Part shown: piece by piece, positions 1 to 12,672 of the stretch
Numbering within the stretch: position 1 is the first letter of the stretch
Layout: each line of letters opens with the position of its first letter
NCBI GenBank assembly: GCA_964016885.1
Contig: OZ024740.1
Coordinates: forward strand, 371,008,001-371,072,000
DNA from: Eledone cirrhosa
Lineage: Eukaryota
Reading direction: 5' to 3'
DNA length: 64,000 nucleotides
The notes under the pieces: generated by a model
Told to the model about the DNA's origin: nothing
Seen by the model: the letters and a program-made list of their open reading frames with translations, nothing else
The model's database searches: none
Made by a program: the position numbers and the translations under genes

Positions 1-421
1 ACTCGAAGTGCTACTTTATAAGAAGCCCGCAAAGCATAAGTATTTATGTGTGACACTTCTGTTTCTGACGGCCTTTTAAATCAACATGCTTTCTTTCAAA
101 GAACTCTTTTGGCTTTGAACTCATTTCTTTATGTTTTGTATTTAAATGTCTCTTGAGATTTGATGGCTTCATTGACTCGTTAGCCAACACTTCTCCACAA
201 ATTACACACTGTGGTTTTTGCATTCCCCCATCATTCGTGGCTACAAAACCGAATTGAATGTATGAGGAGTCATATTTCCGAGTAAAGCTAGTACAAATTC
301 TTTTTCCCTGCAATACTTTGGTTTCATTTACATCGCCTTCATCTGATTCAAAATTACTTGCGGGTTCAGCAACCGGATGTTTTGGCTTGATAAATATGTC
401 CATAGGGCCTCGCTTCGCCAT
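1..421 (-). pseudogene. Buster/ZBED5-like hAT transposase N-terminus, frameshifted
   Basis: ATG at 421 follows the acceptor-like ctaatttacag. Reads RKYDSSYIQFGF...PQCVICGEVLANESMKPSNLKRHLNTKH (BED zinc finger). After a frameshift near 55-60 it continues ALRASYKVALRV. Confidence 0.85.
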
Positions 422-559
422 CTGTAAATTAGGGATAGAAATAATTAATATAAATTCCATAACCCCAGGTATATACTTCTGACTTCCTCGTGAGCACCGT
501 GTGTTGCAAGCCAAAAATTGACTTATGGTGAACCAGTTAGCCGCTACCTGAGGCCCTCC

Positions 560-642
560 ATATATACCACACTCTGCTAGCGTGGAAAATGGACGTTAAA
601 CGAAGAAGATGATGATGAGATGATGATGATGATGATGATGAT
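560..642 (+). repeat. short SINE/RTE 3' tail inserted in the hAT element
   Basis: TGCTAGCGTGGAAAATGGACGTTAAACG followed by (GAT)n; same tail as the RTE copies at 51.5 and 56.7 kb. Confidence 0.75.
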
Positions 643-2416
643 TTCACAAGTCTATTCACCCCCAAAAAAATAAAAGGGGGGTTCAACATACAAACTGCTT
701 CTCGTAAGTACTAGAGAAACTTCCCTAAAAAACTTATAGCAATCTCCTTCAGACAGATTTCTTCACATGGCATATTACACAAAACTTGGGGTTTATTTCA
801 TCTCCAGGGCACTAGGGAATTTACAAAATTAACAGGGGAAGGCAGGGGTGTAGGCATATATGGGTGTATTGTCTGGTTTGGGGGAGGCGTGAAGGGGATG
901 ACGTCTGTTTGATGGCGTCGAGGCGAATTGTTTAGCGTTACTTATCCACTCTCCTAATCTTGATCACTCCAGCAAATATATATCATCTACTTCTCTACAT
1001 CCTTATACGTCATAATCTCAATACCACAAGGCCAGATGACACTTCTTTTTATCATGAGAAAGGAATGAATACAGAACAAGTCAGTCACCTGTTTGATGGC
1101 GTCGAGGTGTGAGAGGAGGTTAAGGGATTACAGAGGGCATAAAATTAATTTACTGAGGGAATACCACATAAATAATGTTTTTTTACTGTTAAGAATTAAT
1201 CAGGCTATTTTAAGCGTGAGAAAACAGTTACATTAAGGGAAGAAATAATTTATTTGAGGATACGGGCCGAAGTAAAGGGAGCATGGTTTTGAAGGGAGAC
1301 TAAAGTATCATTGGCGGCATTACAATATCACAAATATACTACATTTACTTAAATAATCTCTACCACAGCTGGTAAGTACCACGCATCACCACCGGCCAAC
1401 TGATAAGTTGTTTACTTACTGCAGTAGGTCGTTTAGTCACCGAAACTGATGCTGCACGGTCCATTTTCTGTTATTTGACTTTCTTTCTTCATAGAAAACT
1501 ATGATATATTATCAACTTATATTTTTACTATCAGGTTAATTTACTTATTATTGTCATATAATTTTCACCCCCAGTTTTCATTATATAAAGACAAATTACT
1601 GAAACTAGCAGTCACAGCCTAAAATTTCCTTGAAATTCCTTAGATTCTACCAATTCCTCAAATGATTCCTAAGCATGGCCTGGACACTGGCTGTGTACCG
1701 GTAGCTGATGGCTCGCGTACCGGCACCGGTCCGCGGACCACCACTTTGAGTAGCACTGATTTAGAGTGTAGTTTTTGTTTCACAAATCCACAACATAATG
1801 ACTTTTTTACCATTTCATAAAGTTTTAAGTTTCTCTAATTTTTTTTTATTTTCGGCGACTCAAATGCTGGGAGTATTTTGTAGTTGTTTCTTTAAACAGA
1901 CAATAGCCCCATCTCCTTGAATGTAACAGATTTTTATTTAAAATACACATCGAATGGAATGCACACCGTGAAAAAATTGAAAAAAATTTAACGTTGTAAA
2001 GCTTTAGGTGGATTTTTTACAACAAGCAAGTGGGATAGGAGAGTCAGAATGAGAAAACAGGAGGGTGAGAGCAAGTGAAATAAAACATAAGACGATTGAA
2101 AGACAAAGTATAATTTTGTATAATTTCGTCAAGTCATCAAGAAAAACAGTTGGTGCACAGTGTGCATGTATGCATTAATGTGTAGGAGATATTTATGTAT
2201 TAAAAAGTTTAAATAATAAAACTTTGTGGGAATGTCTTCAACTCAATACATAAATAAAACTCTTGGCAATATATGAAATGTAAAAAAAAAAAACTGTTTC
2301 ATTGTGAAATCACCTTATTTACGTAGAATTTAAAGTTGGTGAAAATCGTCAAAATATTAACCCCCAAATATAAGCCAACCACCGATTTTTTTGGTCACAT
2401 ATTCTTTGGCTTATAT

Positions 2417-3552
2417 TCAAGTACGAGGGGGGATCAAAAAGTTCGCGGAATTTTTCAGAAAATATTCTATTTTCCAAAAAATATGATTTACCTTCAATTT
2501 ATTTTCTACATAGTTGCCATCCAGGTCAATACACTTCACAAGGCGATGCTTCCAGCTTCGTAAGCCGTCTCTAAAGAAAGTTGAAGGCCTTGTTCGAAGC
2601 CATGTGTTGGCACTGTTTTTAGCTTCTTCAACACCACTAAAACGGGTTCCTTTTAGCATTTCTTTGAGTTTTGGAAAGAGGAAAAAGTCTGATGGTGCTA
2701 AATCTGGACTATAAGGCGGGTGAGGAAGCACTTCCCATCGAAATTCTCGAAGAACTTCTTTTGCAACCTGCGCAGAATGCGCTGGTGCATTGTCATGGTC
2801 AAACAAGATCCCACCATGAAGTTTCCCTTTTCGTTTCTTGACTAATGCCTCTTTCAGCTTCCTTAAAACATTTGCATTGTAAGCTCCTGTTACAGTTCTT
2901 TGACCTTCAAGATAATCTATTAGTATCACCCCATCTGAATCCCAGAAAATGGTGGCCATCACTTTTTGATCCGACTTTTGAGATTTGAACTTGATTGGCC
3001 CCGATGATCCACGTGGAAGCCACTGTTTTGACTGCTGTTTGGATTCAGGGTCATACTGATAGATCCAGGTTTCATCTCCGGTGATGATTCTGGTCAGAAA
3101 ATGCTCTTCATCAACTTCAATTTTGTTTAATATCGCCAAAGACAGATCACTTCGAAGAATCAGCTGATCAGGGCGCAACGCTTTTGGGACCCATTGCGCT
3201 GAAAGCCTGCTTAGTCCCAAATAATCGTGCAGAATTGAATTTGCCAAACCATATGAAATGTCTAGGGACTTAGCTACTGATTAACTGTTATTCTTCGATC
3301 TTCTTCAATTAAAGTCTGAGCAGCCTCAACGTTTTGGTCATTTTTTGATGTTCCTAGTCTTCCACTGCGATGGTCGTCTTCAAGGTCGTCTCTCCCTTGT
3401 TTGAATCGCTAAATCCACTTGTAGACAGCAGTTTTCTTTGGAGCAGTAGTACCGTAAACTTTAACTAAAGCCTCCATAATCTGTATCCCTTTCCATTTGA
3501 GTTTCACCAGAAACTTGATATTCGATCTTATCTCAAAATAACTATTTTCCAT
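2417..3552 (-). pseudogene. mariner DD34D transposase with one premature stop (3409-3411) and one frameshift (~3275)
   Basis: Motifs WVPKAL, ITGDETW, HDNAPAH and YSPDLAPSD, with 34 residues between the second and third catalytic Asp. The N-terminal HTH region starts MENSYFEIRSNIKFL at 3552. Confidence 0.93.
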
Positions 3553-3734
3553 TGTTCCAAAAAGAGGTTTTTTAAAGAGTGTCAGTACTGTACAATAGTC
3601 CGCGCAAAACAGACTGCAAGTGACTAATAGCAAGATAAACACCCAGTGACAATGTTCTGACATGTTTAATATTGTTTTAACCTGATTTTTTTCTTGCTAC
3701 GATAAAATTCCGCAAACTTTTTGATCCCCACTCG
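2424..3734 (-). mobile_element. full-length mariner transposon (~1.31 kb)
   Basis: TIRs CGAGGGGGGATCAAAAAGTTCGCGGAATTTT and AAAATTCCGCAAACTTTTTGATCCCCACTCG; TA on both sides (2422-2423 and 3735-3736). Confidence 0.95.
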
Positions 3735-3999
3735 TATATACGGTAAGTATAAAATATGTGTTTATTGATTCAAAAAGTGTAATACAGATACAACTAATAA
3801 TTATGCAAATTATCCATAAATGAACCGATGGTAATTAAACTCCTACATATTTATACAAATATAATCAATTATTGCCTTGTTTTTCTTTTATATTCAGACA
3901 TAGTGTATATAGAACCACATTATACAATGGATCCTTCTTCTTCAAGGAGATTTGGCTGCAATACCTTAGAAGTAGAGGCTCCATCATTAATTCATTGTA

Positions 4000-4210
4000 A
4001 AGCACCCAGCCCACACTGTAAAGTGGACGTGTAAAAGACATGGCAAAAAAAAGCACCCAGCCCTCACTGTCAATGTGGTTGGCGTTAGGAAGGGCATTCG
4101 GCCAGAAACACCCCTATATGAACAAGACACAGTCACTCGACACAACTTGCCTCTAAATGGAACCTGTCTAACTCATGCTAGCGTGGAAGATGGAGGTTAA
4201 TCGATGATTA
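4000..4210 (+). repeat. SINE / RTE 3'-UTR-related repeat
   Basis: Motifs AAAGCACCCAG, GGTTGGCGTTAGGAAGGGCAT and CATGCTAGCGTGGAAGATGGAGGTTAATCGATGAT. Confidence 0.75.
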
Positions 4211-4253
4211 GTTCTAGATCAACCATATCAAACAGATATGTTATCAGCTGATT

Positions 4254-5127
4254 TACCATATAAACTAGAATATAAACCGACCTATTTTATGTCTGAGAAA
4301 TGGGCAAAAATCCAAACCATGGATAAACCAAGGATGCTAATCAACACATTATGTTTAGATGGCGTGGTTTTGACATTCACATGAGTGGAGATTATATCTA
4401 TGAAGTCTTAATATTTTGATACTTGAAATGTTGTTAAGTGTATAATTTTTGTTTCACAATTTCATTACGTAATGATTTTTACCATTTCATCCGTTTTATA
4501 AAATTTCAACAAGTTTCTCAAATTTTGTGTTTACTTCTGGCTACTTGGGAGAGATGAAAACTATGTGCAAGGGGACATAATGAATAGGGAATAGCTAAAA
4601 AAAGGAATTGAATAAGAGAATATTGCATAAGGATTCAAAGAGGAAGAGGGATGGAGAGATAGCAAGCGAGATAGAGGAGAGGAAGAGTGAGAAAAACAGA
4701 AAGTGAGAGTGAGAAAAGGGAGAGAGAAGGAGAGCAATAAAATACAAGACAGAAGATTGAAAGAAAAAATATAATTAAGTCACAGAGAAAGACAGTTGAC
4801 ACATGTGTGTGTATGCACACATGTTCATGCATGTATGTATGTGTAGGGGATATTTATATATTAAAATTTGAAATTAAGATAAATTGTTGGGAATGTTCTC
4901 AAGGAAATGCATAAAAATTACTTATGACGATGTAGTAAATGTAGAAAAACTGTTTCATTTAAAATAATCCCTAGATATTTTAGCATTATATTTACATAAA
5001 ATTTGAAGTTGGTGAAAATCATCAAAATATATTGAATATAAGCGCTAGCATGCCACCCATCCCCAATTTTACAATCAATTTTTTTTTTGTCACATATTTC
5101 TTGACTTATATACGAGTTTATACGATA
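4254..5127. mobile_element. pogo/Tigger-like MITE (~870 bp), uninterrupted copy
   Basis: TIRs TACCATATAAACTAGAATATAAACCGA and TTGACTTATATACGAGTTTATACGATA; interior similar to 1759-2423 and to the inverted piece at 47890-48143. Confidence 0.7.
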
Positions 5128-5674
5128 TATTTCAAAGCTTTCCAATTTATATCTGATGTAAAGTTTGGCAGCAGAAATAGCACACTTTGGAAATTTAAAT
5201 AGACTATAGCATACAATTGCGGAAGAAAATACTGGAAAATATTCCACCAATGCTAGATATGAAGATGGAACTGGCAAATAGTTTATCCACATTGAACAAG
5301 TGGAAATGTTTTAATCGATTTTCCATTGGATTTGGTCAAAATGAAATTCAGACTTAATAAGGCATCCCTTCCTGTAATTATGAGTCACTAACTGTAACCA
5401 CGAGTCACCTACTTGTTTGTTCATTATTAGATCCTCCATGCTGTTTCAATGATTTCGATAATAATACAAAGAATAGGCAAGATAGAACAAAACAAAATAA
5501 TAAACAAGTTTCGATAGACATGCTAGTAATATTGTTGTTGTTGTTTCATCCTAGGTCAGCTCTGAGTGAACAGAAAGCCTATGATGAAAGAAGCAAAATA
5601 TATATAAAAGATTAAGACAGAAATGATTCAGCAATTAATGAAACATCTATGGAATATTCCAGAATCCTACTTGC

Positions 5675-5871
5675 CTGCTGATGATCTGCAGAAAGTCGTT
5701 TACAAGATTTTCGTTGATCAAACCTTCAAAGAGATTAAGGAAGCGTGACTGCATATGATATGGTCGGATACTGGTGACCCTAGGGACAGTCTCACCAAAT
5801 AAGTTGTACACAGAAGAATGGCTCACTAATTCAATATACTTCAGTTGGCAGGAACTTGGTGCAAGATATCT
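5675..5871 (-). CDS. candidate coding exon of an unidentified host gene
   Basis: Acceptor tttttggtatgtttcag. Only one frame is open (RYLAPSSCQLKYIELVSHSSVYNLFGETVPRVTSIRPYHMQSRFLNLFEGLINENLVNDFLQIISR). Donor is CAG|GCAAGT, or CAA|GTAGGA at 5671. No repeat similarity seen. Confidence 0.5.
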
Positions 5872-6265
5872 CTGAAACATACCAAAAAGACATTCTCCTT
5901 ACAATACATCAAAATGAAAACCAAATATTGAGCAACAAAACTATTGTCACCCTAATACACAAATATTACAAATTAATATGCCAAATATGTTAGCCTGTTA
6001 ATCTTTATCCACTCAAAATCTTTTTACCTCTCAGTTAGCTAGGATCTGGTAAGTACAGGTACGACTATGCTTCCCTGTAGACATCTAAATGAGATTGAAT
6101 CATATCCACAGTAGTCCCTATTCTTACCAAAGATCAGACTCAATTATCACTGCATGACTCCATTCAGTTTCTAATTCCTTTTTTAAGCAGAATCAATCAA
6201 GAAATGAATGCAAAAGTTCTTTCTTGTTTTTTGTTTTTTTCTACTGACTACAGATATATATATTT

Positions 6266-6313
<48 letters not shown>

Positions 6314-6399
6314 TATAAGCAAAAGGCAAACAGAAATAACAACAAACGATGCAGTACAACGAAGAAATATATTATTAGTTTTACGCTTGATATAGTAGG

Positions 6400-6448
6400 A
6401 AAAGATTCTTAACGTTTTGGACGCTAGTCTTTTATCAGAAGAAAGAAT
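6400..6448 (-). ncRNA. decayed minimal hammerhead ribozyme in a Penelope-type terminal-repeat remnant
   Basis: Minus strand reads TTCTT-CTGATAA-AAGAC TAGC GTCC-AAAA-CGTTA-AGAA; both core boxes carry a G>A change. Lies next to (TA)n at 6268-6317. Confidence 0.4.
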
Positions 6449-6504
6449 GAGAAATTAAAGAAGAAATAGAAAGATTAAGGAGATACATAGTCTCTGCTAC
6501 CTAG

Positions 6505-7220
6505 GGGACCAAATTAGCAGTGATGGTGGTTTTTCAAAAAGTACAGTAGCCAGAAAGAAGACTGGTTGGAAAACGTTCAGAGAGATACTACCACAGCTAG
6601 CTATACAGTTTCTCTCCCTCAGAATGAAGCAGACTGTATGGTAAAGAAATGTAAAGAAATGAAGCAAGCGTGCTATGGTGGATGTGTAATAGTAGTATAC
6701 GTGAGCAACAAGATATCAATGAGCTGAGAGAAAAACTGAACATAAGAGGCATCAGGTGCAGTGTGCAAGAGGAGACTGCAATAGTATGAACATGTAATGC
6801 ATATGAAGGATGACAGCTGCATAAAGAAATTAATGGTACTTGAAATCAAAGGAACCCTTGGAAGTGGAAGACCTAGGAAAACTTGAGTTGATGCGGTGTA
6901 AACCGACCTCATGCAGCTGAACCTCACAAAGGAGATGACACAAGATGAGAAAACTGACAATATTCAATAATACAAGGAACTCTCTTTCCCAGGCAAGTGG
7001 AATGAATGCAACAAAATCAGGATAGTTAACCCACGTAACTCCCTCTACCCTAAACCTGAAGAATTATAGAGGTGTTACAAGACCCATTTTCTATCCACCA
7101 GTATACTCCTAAAATCCCAGCCACCATGCCACTTATCCCCTTCTCCATCTTAAACCCGAAGTAAAGAGATGTAACAACTCTCAGGTCCTCACCTGCCAAT
7201 ATACTCCTGGCTACTTTCCC
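6505..7220 (+). mobile_element. old, degenerate RTE-clade LINE 3' fragment
   Basis: Aligns with the RTE copy at 55.4-56.7 kb (LGDQISSDGG, GWKTFREILPQL, GRPRKT); many stops. Confidence 0.8.
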
Positions 7221-8056
7221 AACCCATGCTAGCAAGGAAATCTAGGAGGTACCTTAACTGATTCGCCTTCCCTGCTTAACCCTTGCATCCCCAACACTTT
7301 CCCAACCCAAGAAAATCTGGCTCACTCCAAATGCGACTCCACCTATCCAAACACTTGCCCTAAGCAGTATATAAATACTTCCTTTTTAGGCCAATAAGGG
7401 ACCACCATGACCTCCACCCCACACCCTCCAGCAATGAAATGTCGGTACCCCACCCTCAACAAGATCGTGTACACTGAGCACCCTAGTGCTGTAATGAAAT
7501 AGTGATGGTGCCACTACAAAAGCAACCAGTCCACTCTTATATACACATACATATATTCCATATATACAATATAGTAAAATGTTTGTCTATTTAACTAAAA
7601 TGATTGAAATTAAAAAACGCGAGCTAACAGAAATATTATTAAAGAGAGATAAGCAGGAACATAAAAAAAAAGTCTAGAGTTAGGTCCCTTATATTTCTAA
7701 TAGTTATTGCCTATTAAACTTAATTACAAGAGAGCCTATAATGTGGTTGACATTAGAAAGAATATTTATCCGGCGAAATCATGCAAAATAAAACATGAGC
7801 ATCTCCAAGGATAGTAGCTCCAATTAAATACTGACTTGGTCTGTGGTGGACCAACCAATGTCAGCATGGACAAACTGACATTAAATGATGATGATAATGG
7901 AGGATAAGACAAAAAACAGATCAAGGTGATGCGTTCATACCAGCCTAGAATCTCATACTATAATACTTGGGTGGCATAACAGAAAGCTTATGATAAGGGA
8001 TAAAATGACGACATTGACCCTTGGCTCAACATCACTTCTGTGAAGCAGAACCTCTG

Positions 8057-8370
8057 AGTAGAAGCACTCCATTGTCTTGTTACAATCAGGAAATTGTGGA
8101 TCGAGAAGCCACAACTCCACTACCTCACAGTAGAAGCACTCCATTGTCTAGTGACGAGCAGGAAATCATGGATCAAGAAACCACGACTCCACTACCTCAC
8201 AGTAGAAGCACTCCATTGTCTAGTGACGATCAAGAAATCGTGGATCAAGAAACCACGACTCCATTACCTCACAGTAGAAGCATTCCATTGTCTTGTGACA
8301 AGCAGGAAATCATGGATCAAGAAGCCATAACTCCATTACCTCACAGTAGAAGCACTCCATTGTTTTGTTA
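8057..8370 (+). repeat. 72-bp minisatellite, about 4.3 copies
   Basis: AGTAGAAGCA(C/T)TCCATTGT starts at 8057, 8129, 8201, 8273 and 8345. Confidence 0.97.
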
Positions 8371-9109
8371 CACTGCAGAGTAAACAGAAGATGGACAGGA
8401 GTGGTGAACCCTCAAGAACAATAAAAGAAAAATGACAAAATAAAAGTAACAAAGCAATGAGCTAATACAAAAGGTGTGTAAGAACTGATGAAGCTTCCAC
8501 ATGACAACAGGTGGTTCATGGTCATGCAAATAAGCAATGTGACTTTACAATCAAAATTGGGCGTTCTGAAGTATAATAGTGGTTTCTAATAACAAGATCA
8601 GTTCGGTCACATCAACCCCAGTATTTAACTGGTACTTTATTTTATCAACCCTGGAATGATGAAAGGCAAAATTGATGGAATTGAGCTCATAATGTAGAAA
8701 GTCATAATTAAATAACAAAGCAATTTGTCTGACACTCTACCAATACTACCAATCCAAATAATGACAATGTGCTATATAATGAAGAGGAATTAGAGCCAGA
8801 TTTTAAAAGACATTTAAATGATAGTATGTTGTAAAAGAGTAATTATACCATAAAACAGGCATTTTAAGATGTTGAATGGTTTTACAGAAAATGATCATAA
8901 TTTACACTAGACTCCAATATGACGAGCAGCAGGTCAGCAGAACCAAGAGGTGCTCTGGCCCAAATGAGCTGGTGGGTCACCTTATTTGACTTTTTTATTT
9001 CCTTAAATCATATCTTTTTAATTATATCTGTGCATTATATAATCATCTAATTATTAAACATTTTAAACATATTTTAATATAAAGGGTGAATTATAGGTAA
9101 CCAAAGGAT

Positions 9110-9457
9110 CTTTGGAGTTACGTTACTCAATAGAAGCTTGGAGATCAGAGATTCACTCCCGATAGAGCCACTACTTTTCCGAATTGAGAGATCACAGCTC
9201 AGATACTATGGGCATGTGATTAGAATGTCTCAGGAAAGAATCGCTGAACAGATTTTATGGGCAAAACCAACCGGCGGGAGGCCCATAGATAGACCCTGAG
9301 TAAGATGGTTGGAAGACATCCATGAGCTTCGCTGGTCGCACTTAGGGATCCAGCTGGATCAGTTGGAGACAGTGATTTCTGACAGGACTCACTGGAAAGA
9401 GTGTTTGAGGACTCTGCCCCCACGACCCTCTCAGGAATAAGTGGGTGAAGAAGAGAA
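9110..9457 (+). mobile_element. second RTE-like LINE family, 3' fragment with (GAA)-type tail; related pieces at 18350-18480 (-) and 23070-23265 (-)
   Basis: Translates as QLRYYGHVIRMSQERIAEQILWAKPTGGRPIDRP*VRWLEDI. The 3' end GACCCTCTCAGGAATAAGTGGG is shared with the 23.1 kb copy. Confidence 0.7.
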
Positions 9458-9879
9458 GGGTGAGTCATAAGTAACCAGGCAGTCCAATATTTATATTCCA
9501 ATTGATAATATTTACTAAAATTCTGGTCATACAGTAGAAAATTATAAATACATTAAACAGCAATATTTACAAAAATATAATTAAAGTATGTGTTCAAAAA
9601 TCTGGCCCCGTTCCTCAAAATGTTTAAAAAGCTACCTGTGAACCTTGCAATAAAAAAATGCATTGACTGTCTATTTACTTATGACTCACTCTTGACCCTC
9701 CCCTAATTTTAAATATAAATTTGTTTCATTTATACCAAAATATTTTGCTTTTCCTTTGTAACATCGGCAGCCGGTTTACTCGTCTCTATACTATGTCAGC
9801 TTTGCCTTTAAACTTTCCAGGTCAATAAAGTTGATAGATCCTCTGTATCTCCTCACTTTAACCAAACGATATTTAAGAT

Positions 9880-10170
9880 CATCATCATCATCATCATCAT
9901 TTAACGTCTGCTTTCTCTACTAGCAAAGATTGGACGGGTCTATGTAGACGATATCAGTACTGAAGCAGAGCTACTGACCTCCCAGACAGGTCGAGGGGTC
10001 TGTATTCCGCTTACATATGGTCATATCGAGTGCAGAAAAGTTGTTGTGTCATTTGACACAAACTAATGGGCCTCATAACCCCTCGTTTGTCAAGCTTTCT
10101 ACAGCTAGATGCCCTTCCTATCACCAACCACTTTACAATGGGTACTGGGTGCATTTATCGTGTAGATAAC
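9880..10170 (-). repeat. SINE with RTE-type (GAT)n tail
   Basis: (CAT)n-TTAACGTC...GATGCCCTTCCTATCACCAACC on the plus strand. Confidence 0.75.
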
Positions 10171-11994
10171 CAACACTAGAGAGGTTTTTAAGATGTCATA
10201 CAGAAACCAACATTGTAAACAAATAAGAAGTCAGGAAAGCTAGAATAAATATAACTTTGATGACTTTTCATTTACATTAAATGGCTGAGTAAATTTATAA
10301 CATTTATGATTGATTAACATTTTCAAAAACACAAAAACTGAATAATAATGATAGGCAGAAGAAATAAGAAATTATAGTTTGTATCAACAGTGACTGATAA
10401 AACTGTTTCTTCCAAATTATTAACAGATTTTATAGTAAAACTGTTATACAAGTTAAAACCTATAGTGACATTTATTATGTTTGAACAATGTAAATGTCTC
10501 CACAATATGAAGTAGAAGAAACACAGCCCAGTGGATAAGGCAGACAAAGGAATTATAAGTCATCATCATTGTTTAACATCTATTTTCTTTGCTTGCATGG
10601 ATTAAACAGGCTGTTATGTTAAGAGGCTAGACAGGTCAAGTGACCACATCTCGCTCATATGATCTGTTTCGGCTTGGTTTTATATGGCTTGATTTTCTTA
10701 ACACCATCTACCTTACAGGAGGAAATGGATACTTTTTGTCATGCCATCAGTACAACCATCTTACAGGATGTCTTCTCCCACGTATATTACTGGAAGGGTT
10801 GTGAGGATAGTCATTACACACACCTTCCAGAGGGCTCTATCAGAGGCAACTAACCGAACTTATGGACGTTATCCAACATGCTCATAGTCTACTTCTGGGT
10901 CACCTGTCAGTTGATTCTTTCATTAGACATTCTACCCATAAATTTGCATTGGGTGTTTTGTATTGTTTCTGGACAAGACATGCAATATAGCATTGCCTCA
11001 GTTCCCTTAACTACCAGGTATAGTTATCAGCAAAGGTTTTCTATAATAATCTAGTATCCTAACTGAAGGAAAGATTGTTGTCTTTATGACTATAAAATCC
11101 AAAGTTAATCAGTCACCCTCTGAAACCTTTTTATTGATGAAAGGATTAACATCATCATCGTCATCATCGTTTTTACATCCACTTTTCGATGTTAGCATAG
11201 GTTGGACGGGATGTTTTAAGACAATGTTTTACAACTAGATGCATTTCTTAATGCCAACCCTTAACTCAAATGAAGAGCTCTCCCTACTCCATGGAGGAGA
11301 GGGAATAATATACCATGGGTAAAAGGCAATGGGTGAGAGATGACAAGTGTAATGTCATGGGTATATGACAGGTATGGTGTGGAAAAGGATGAGAAAGTAG
11401 ATTGTCAGGGCATACCTTACATTGATCAATGCTGATTGACTTCAAACTGGGTCTAATCTGAACTAGTTAGAAAGAGATGAGTGGGCAAATGATACCTACA
11501 TAGTAATTGCCTTTGGCATTAGGAAGAGCATCCAACCATAGAAACCAGGCCAAAAATCAAAGCGTATGAGCTATCATGGCCACCTGACCAGTCTAGCCTC
11601 AGTATGTGACAACCTGTGTAATCCATGCAAGCAAGGAAATTAGACATTAAATGGTGATAGAAGCCAAATATCCCTCAAATCACAACCTACCATCGTGAAA
11701 AAAGAAACATTGGATATGTTTCTGGGTTTCCTACACATAGGAAAGACAGGATGGCCACAGTTGGAATGGCTTTGATTATATGTCAGTTCAATTAGAACTT
11801 ATCTGAGAGCTAAACAACATCACTCAGTCAATATTTTAACAGAAACAAATTCCGTGTACAGCTATATATTATATCCTACAAATATTTGAGTAACAAATGG
11901 ACAAATGTTTACTATAGCTCAAAATGGTTTTGACATTATGAGGAATTGAAATGGCCTACATCTCCCACGAGGGCAGGCTGAAGTATACAACAAG

Positions 11995-12295
11995 CGTCCA
12001 GCCCACACTGTAAAGTGGTCGTGTAAGTATCACAACAAAAAGCACCCAGTCCACACTGGCACCAGTACAACCTTACAGGAAAGACTTTCTATATATATTT
12101 TCTTTTCTGAACTAATCCACACTGTAAATGTGGTTGGTGTTAGGAAGGGCATCCAGCCGTAGAAAACCTGCCAGATAGTCCTATATCAGCGAGACACGGT
12201 CACCCGACCAACCTTGCCTCAAGTGGTACAACTCCCGTCTAACCTAACGCTAGCGTGGAAGATGGATGTTAAACGAAGATGATGATGTTGATGAT
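11995..12295 (+). repeat. SINE / RTE 3'-UTR-related repeat (near-identical relative at 49170-49362)
   Basis: CCACACTGTAAATGTGGTTGGTGTTAGGAAGGGCATCCAGCCGTAGAAAACCTGCC...GTTAAACGAAGATGATGATG. Confidence 0.8.
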
Positions 12296-12487
12296 CTGTT
12301 TCCAGTTAAGTAAAGCAAGTGTAGTACATGAATACATGAATCAGTACAGAGTCAGTGACATAACAATACTTGAGACTAAAAGAAATACGTAAATGGAAAG
12401 GTGTGAGTTAATATATTTCCTTCTTAAGTCCATTTTCTGATCTACATTCACATCTCAAAGAGTTTACATTCAATCAAGAAATTAATT

Positions 12488-12672
12488 GTTTCTACTTTTT
12501 GGCACAAGGCTAGCAATTACCCAGTGTATTACTGGTACTTTATTTTATCGACTCCATAAGGATGAAAGGCAAAGTTAACCTCGGCGGGATTTGAACTCAG
12601 AATGGCAAGGGCCGTAACTCTATGCGTCAAAGCATGGCGTCCGACCCTCGACCGATACTGCCAATCCACCTA
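12488..12672 (-). repeat. tRNA-derived SINE (GCCTTTCATCCTTACGGGGTCGATAAAATAAAGTACC core family)
   Basis: B-box-like GAGTTCAAATCCC plus the conserved core. Other copies lie at ~14240, 14780, 15020, 17490, 18090, 23563, 34800-35345, 46200-46450, 60240 and 63485. Confidence 0.8.

Larger units (their letters stand above)
1..1758 (-). mobile_element. hAT (Buster/Charlie-type) DNA transposon, 5' part; continues beyond the left edge
   Basis: Terminal sequence on the minus strand is CAGTGCTACTCAAAGTGGTGGTCCGCGGACC, ending at 1758. The adjacent 8 bp ATTTAGAG (1759-1766) fit the NNNTANNN Buster target site. A BED-finger transposase lies inside. Confidence 0.85.
1759..3744. mobile_element. pogo/Tigger-like non-autonomous element interrupted by the hAT (at 1759) and by the mariner (inside its right TIR)
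   Basis: 1759-2423 aligns by eye with the uninterrupted copy at 4254-5127. Removing the mariner restores the TIR GGCTTATATTCAAGTATATACGGTA. Confidence 0.7.

Noticed and set aside
6035-6178. 14-nt plus-strand microexon (cag|TTAGCTAGGATCTG|gtaagt) and a 50-nt minus-strand exon (ELETEWSHAVIIESDL)
   Set aside because: Splice-like signals only. The minus candidate gives TGA when joined to 5871, and neither has homology support.
8057-8370. CRISPR-like regular repeats
   Set aside because: Whole 72-bp units are similar with no unique spacers; eukaryotic context and no cas genes.
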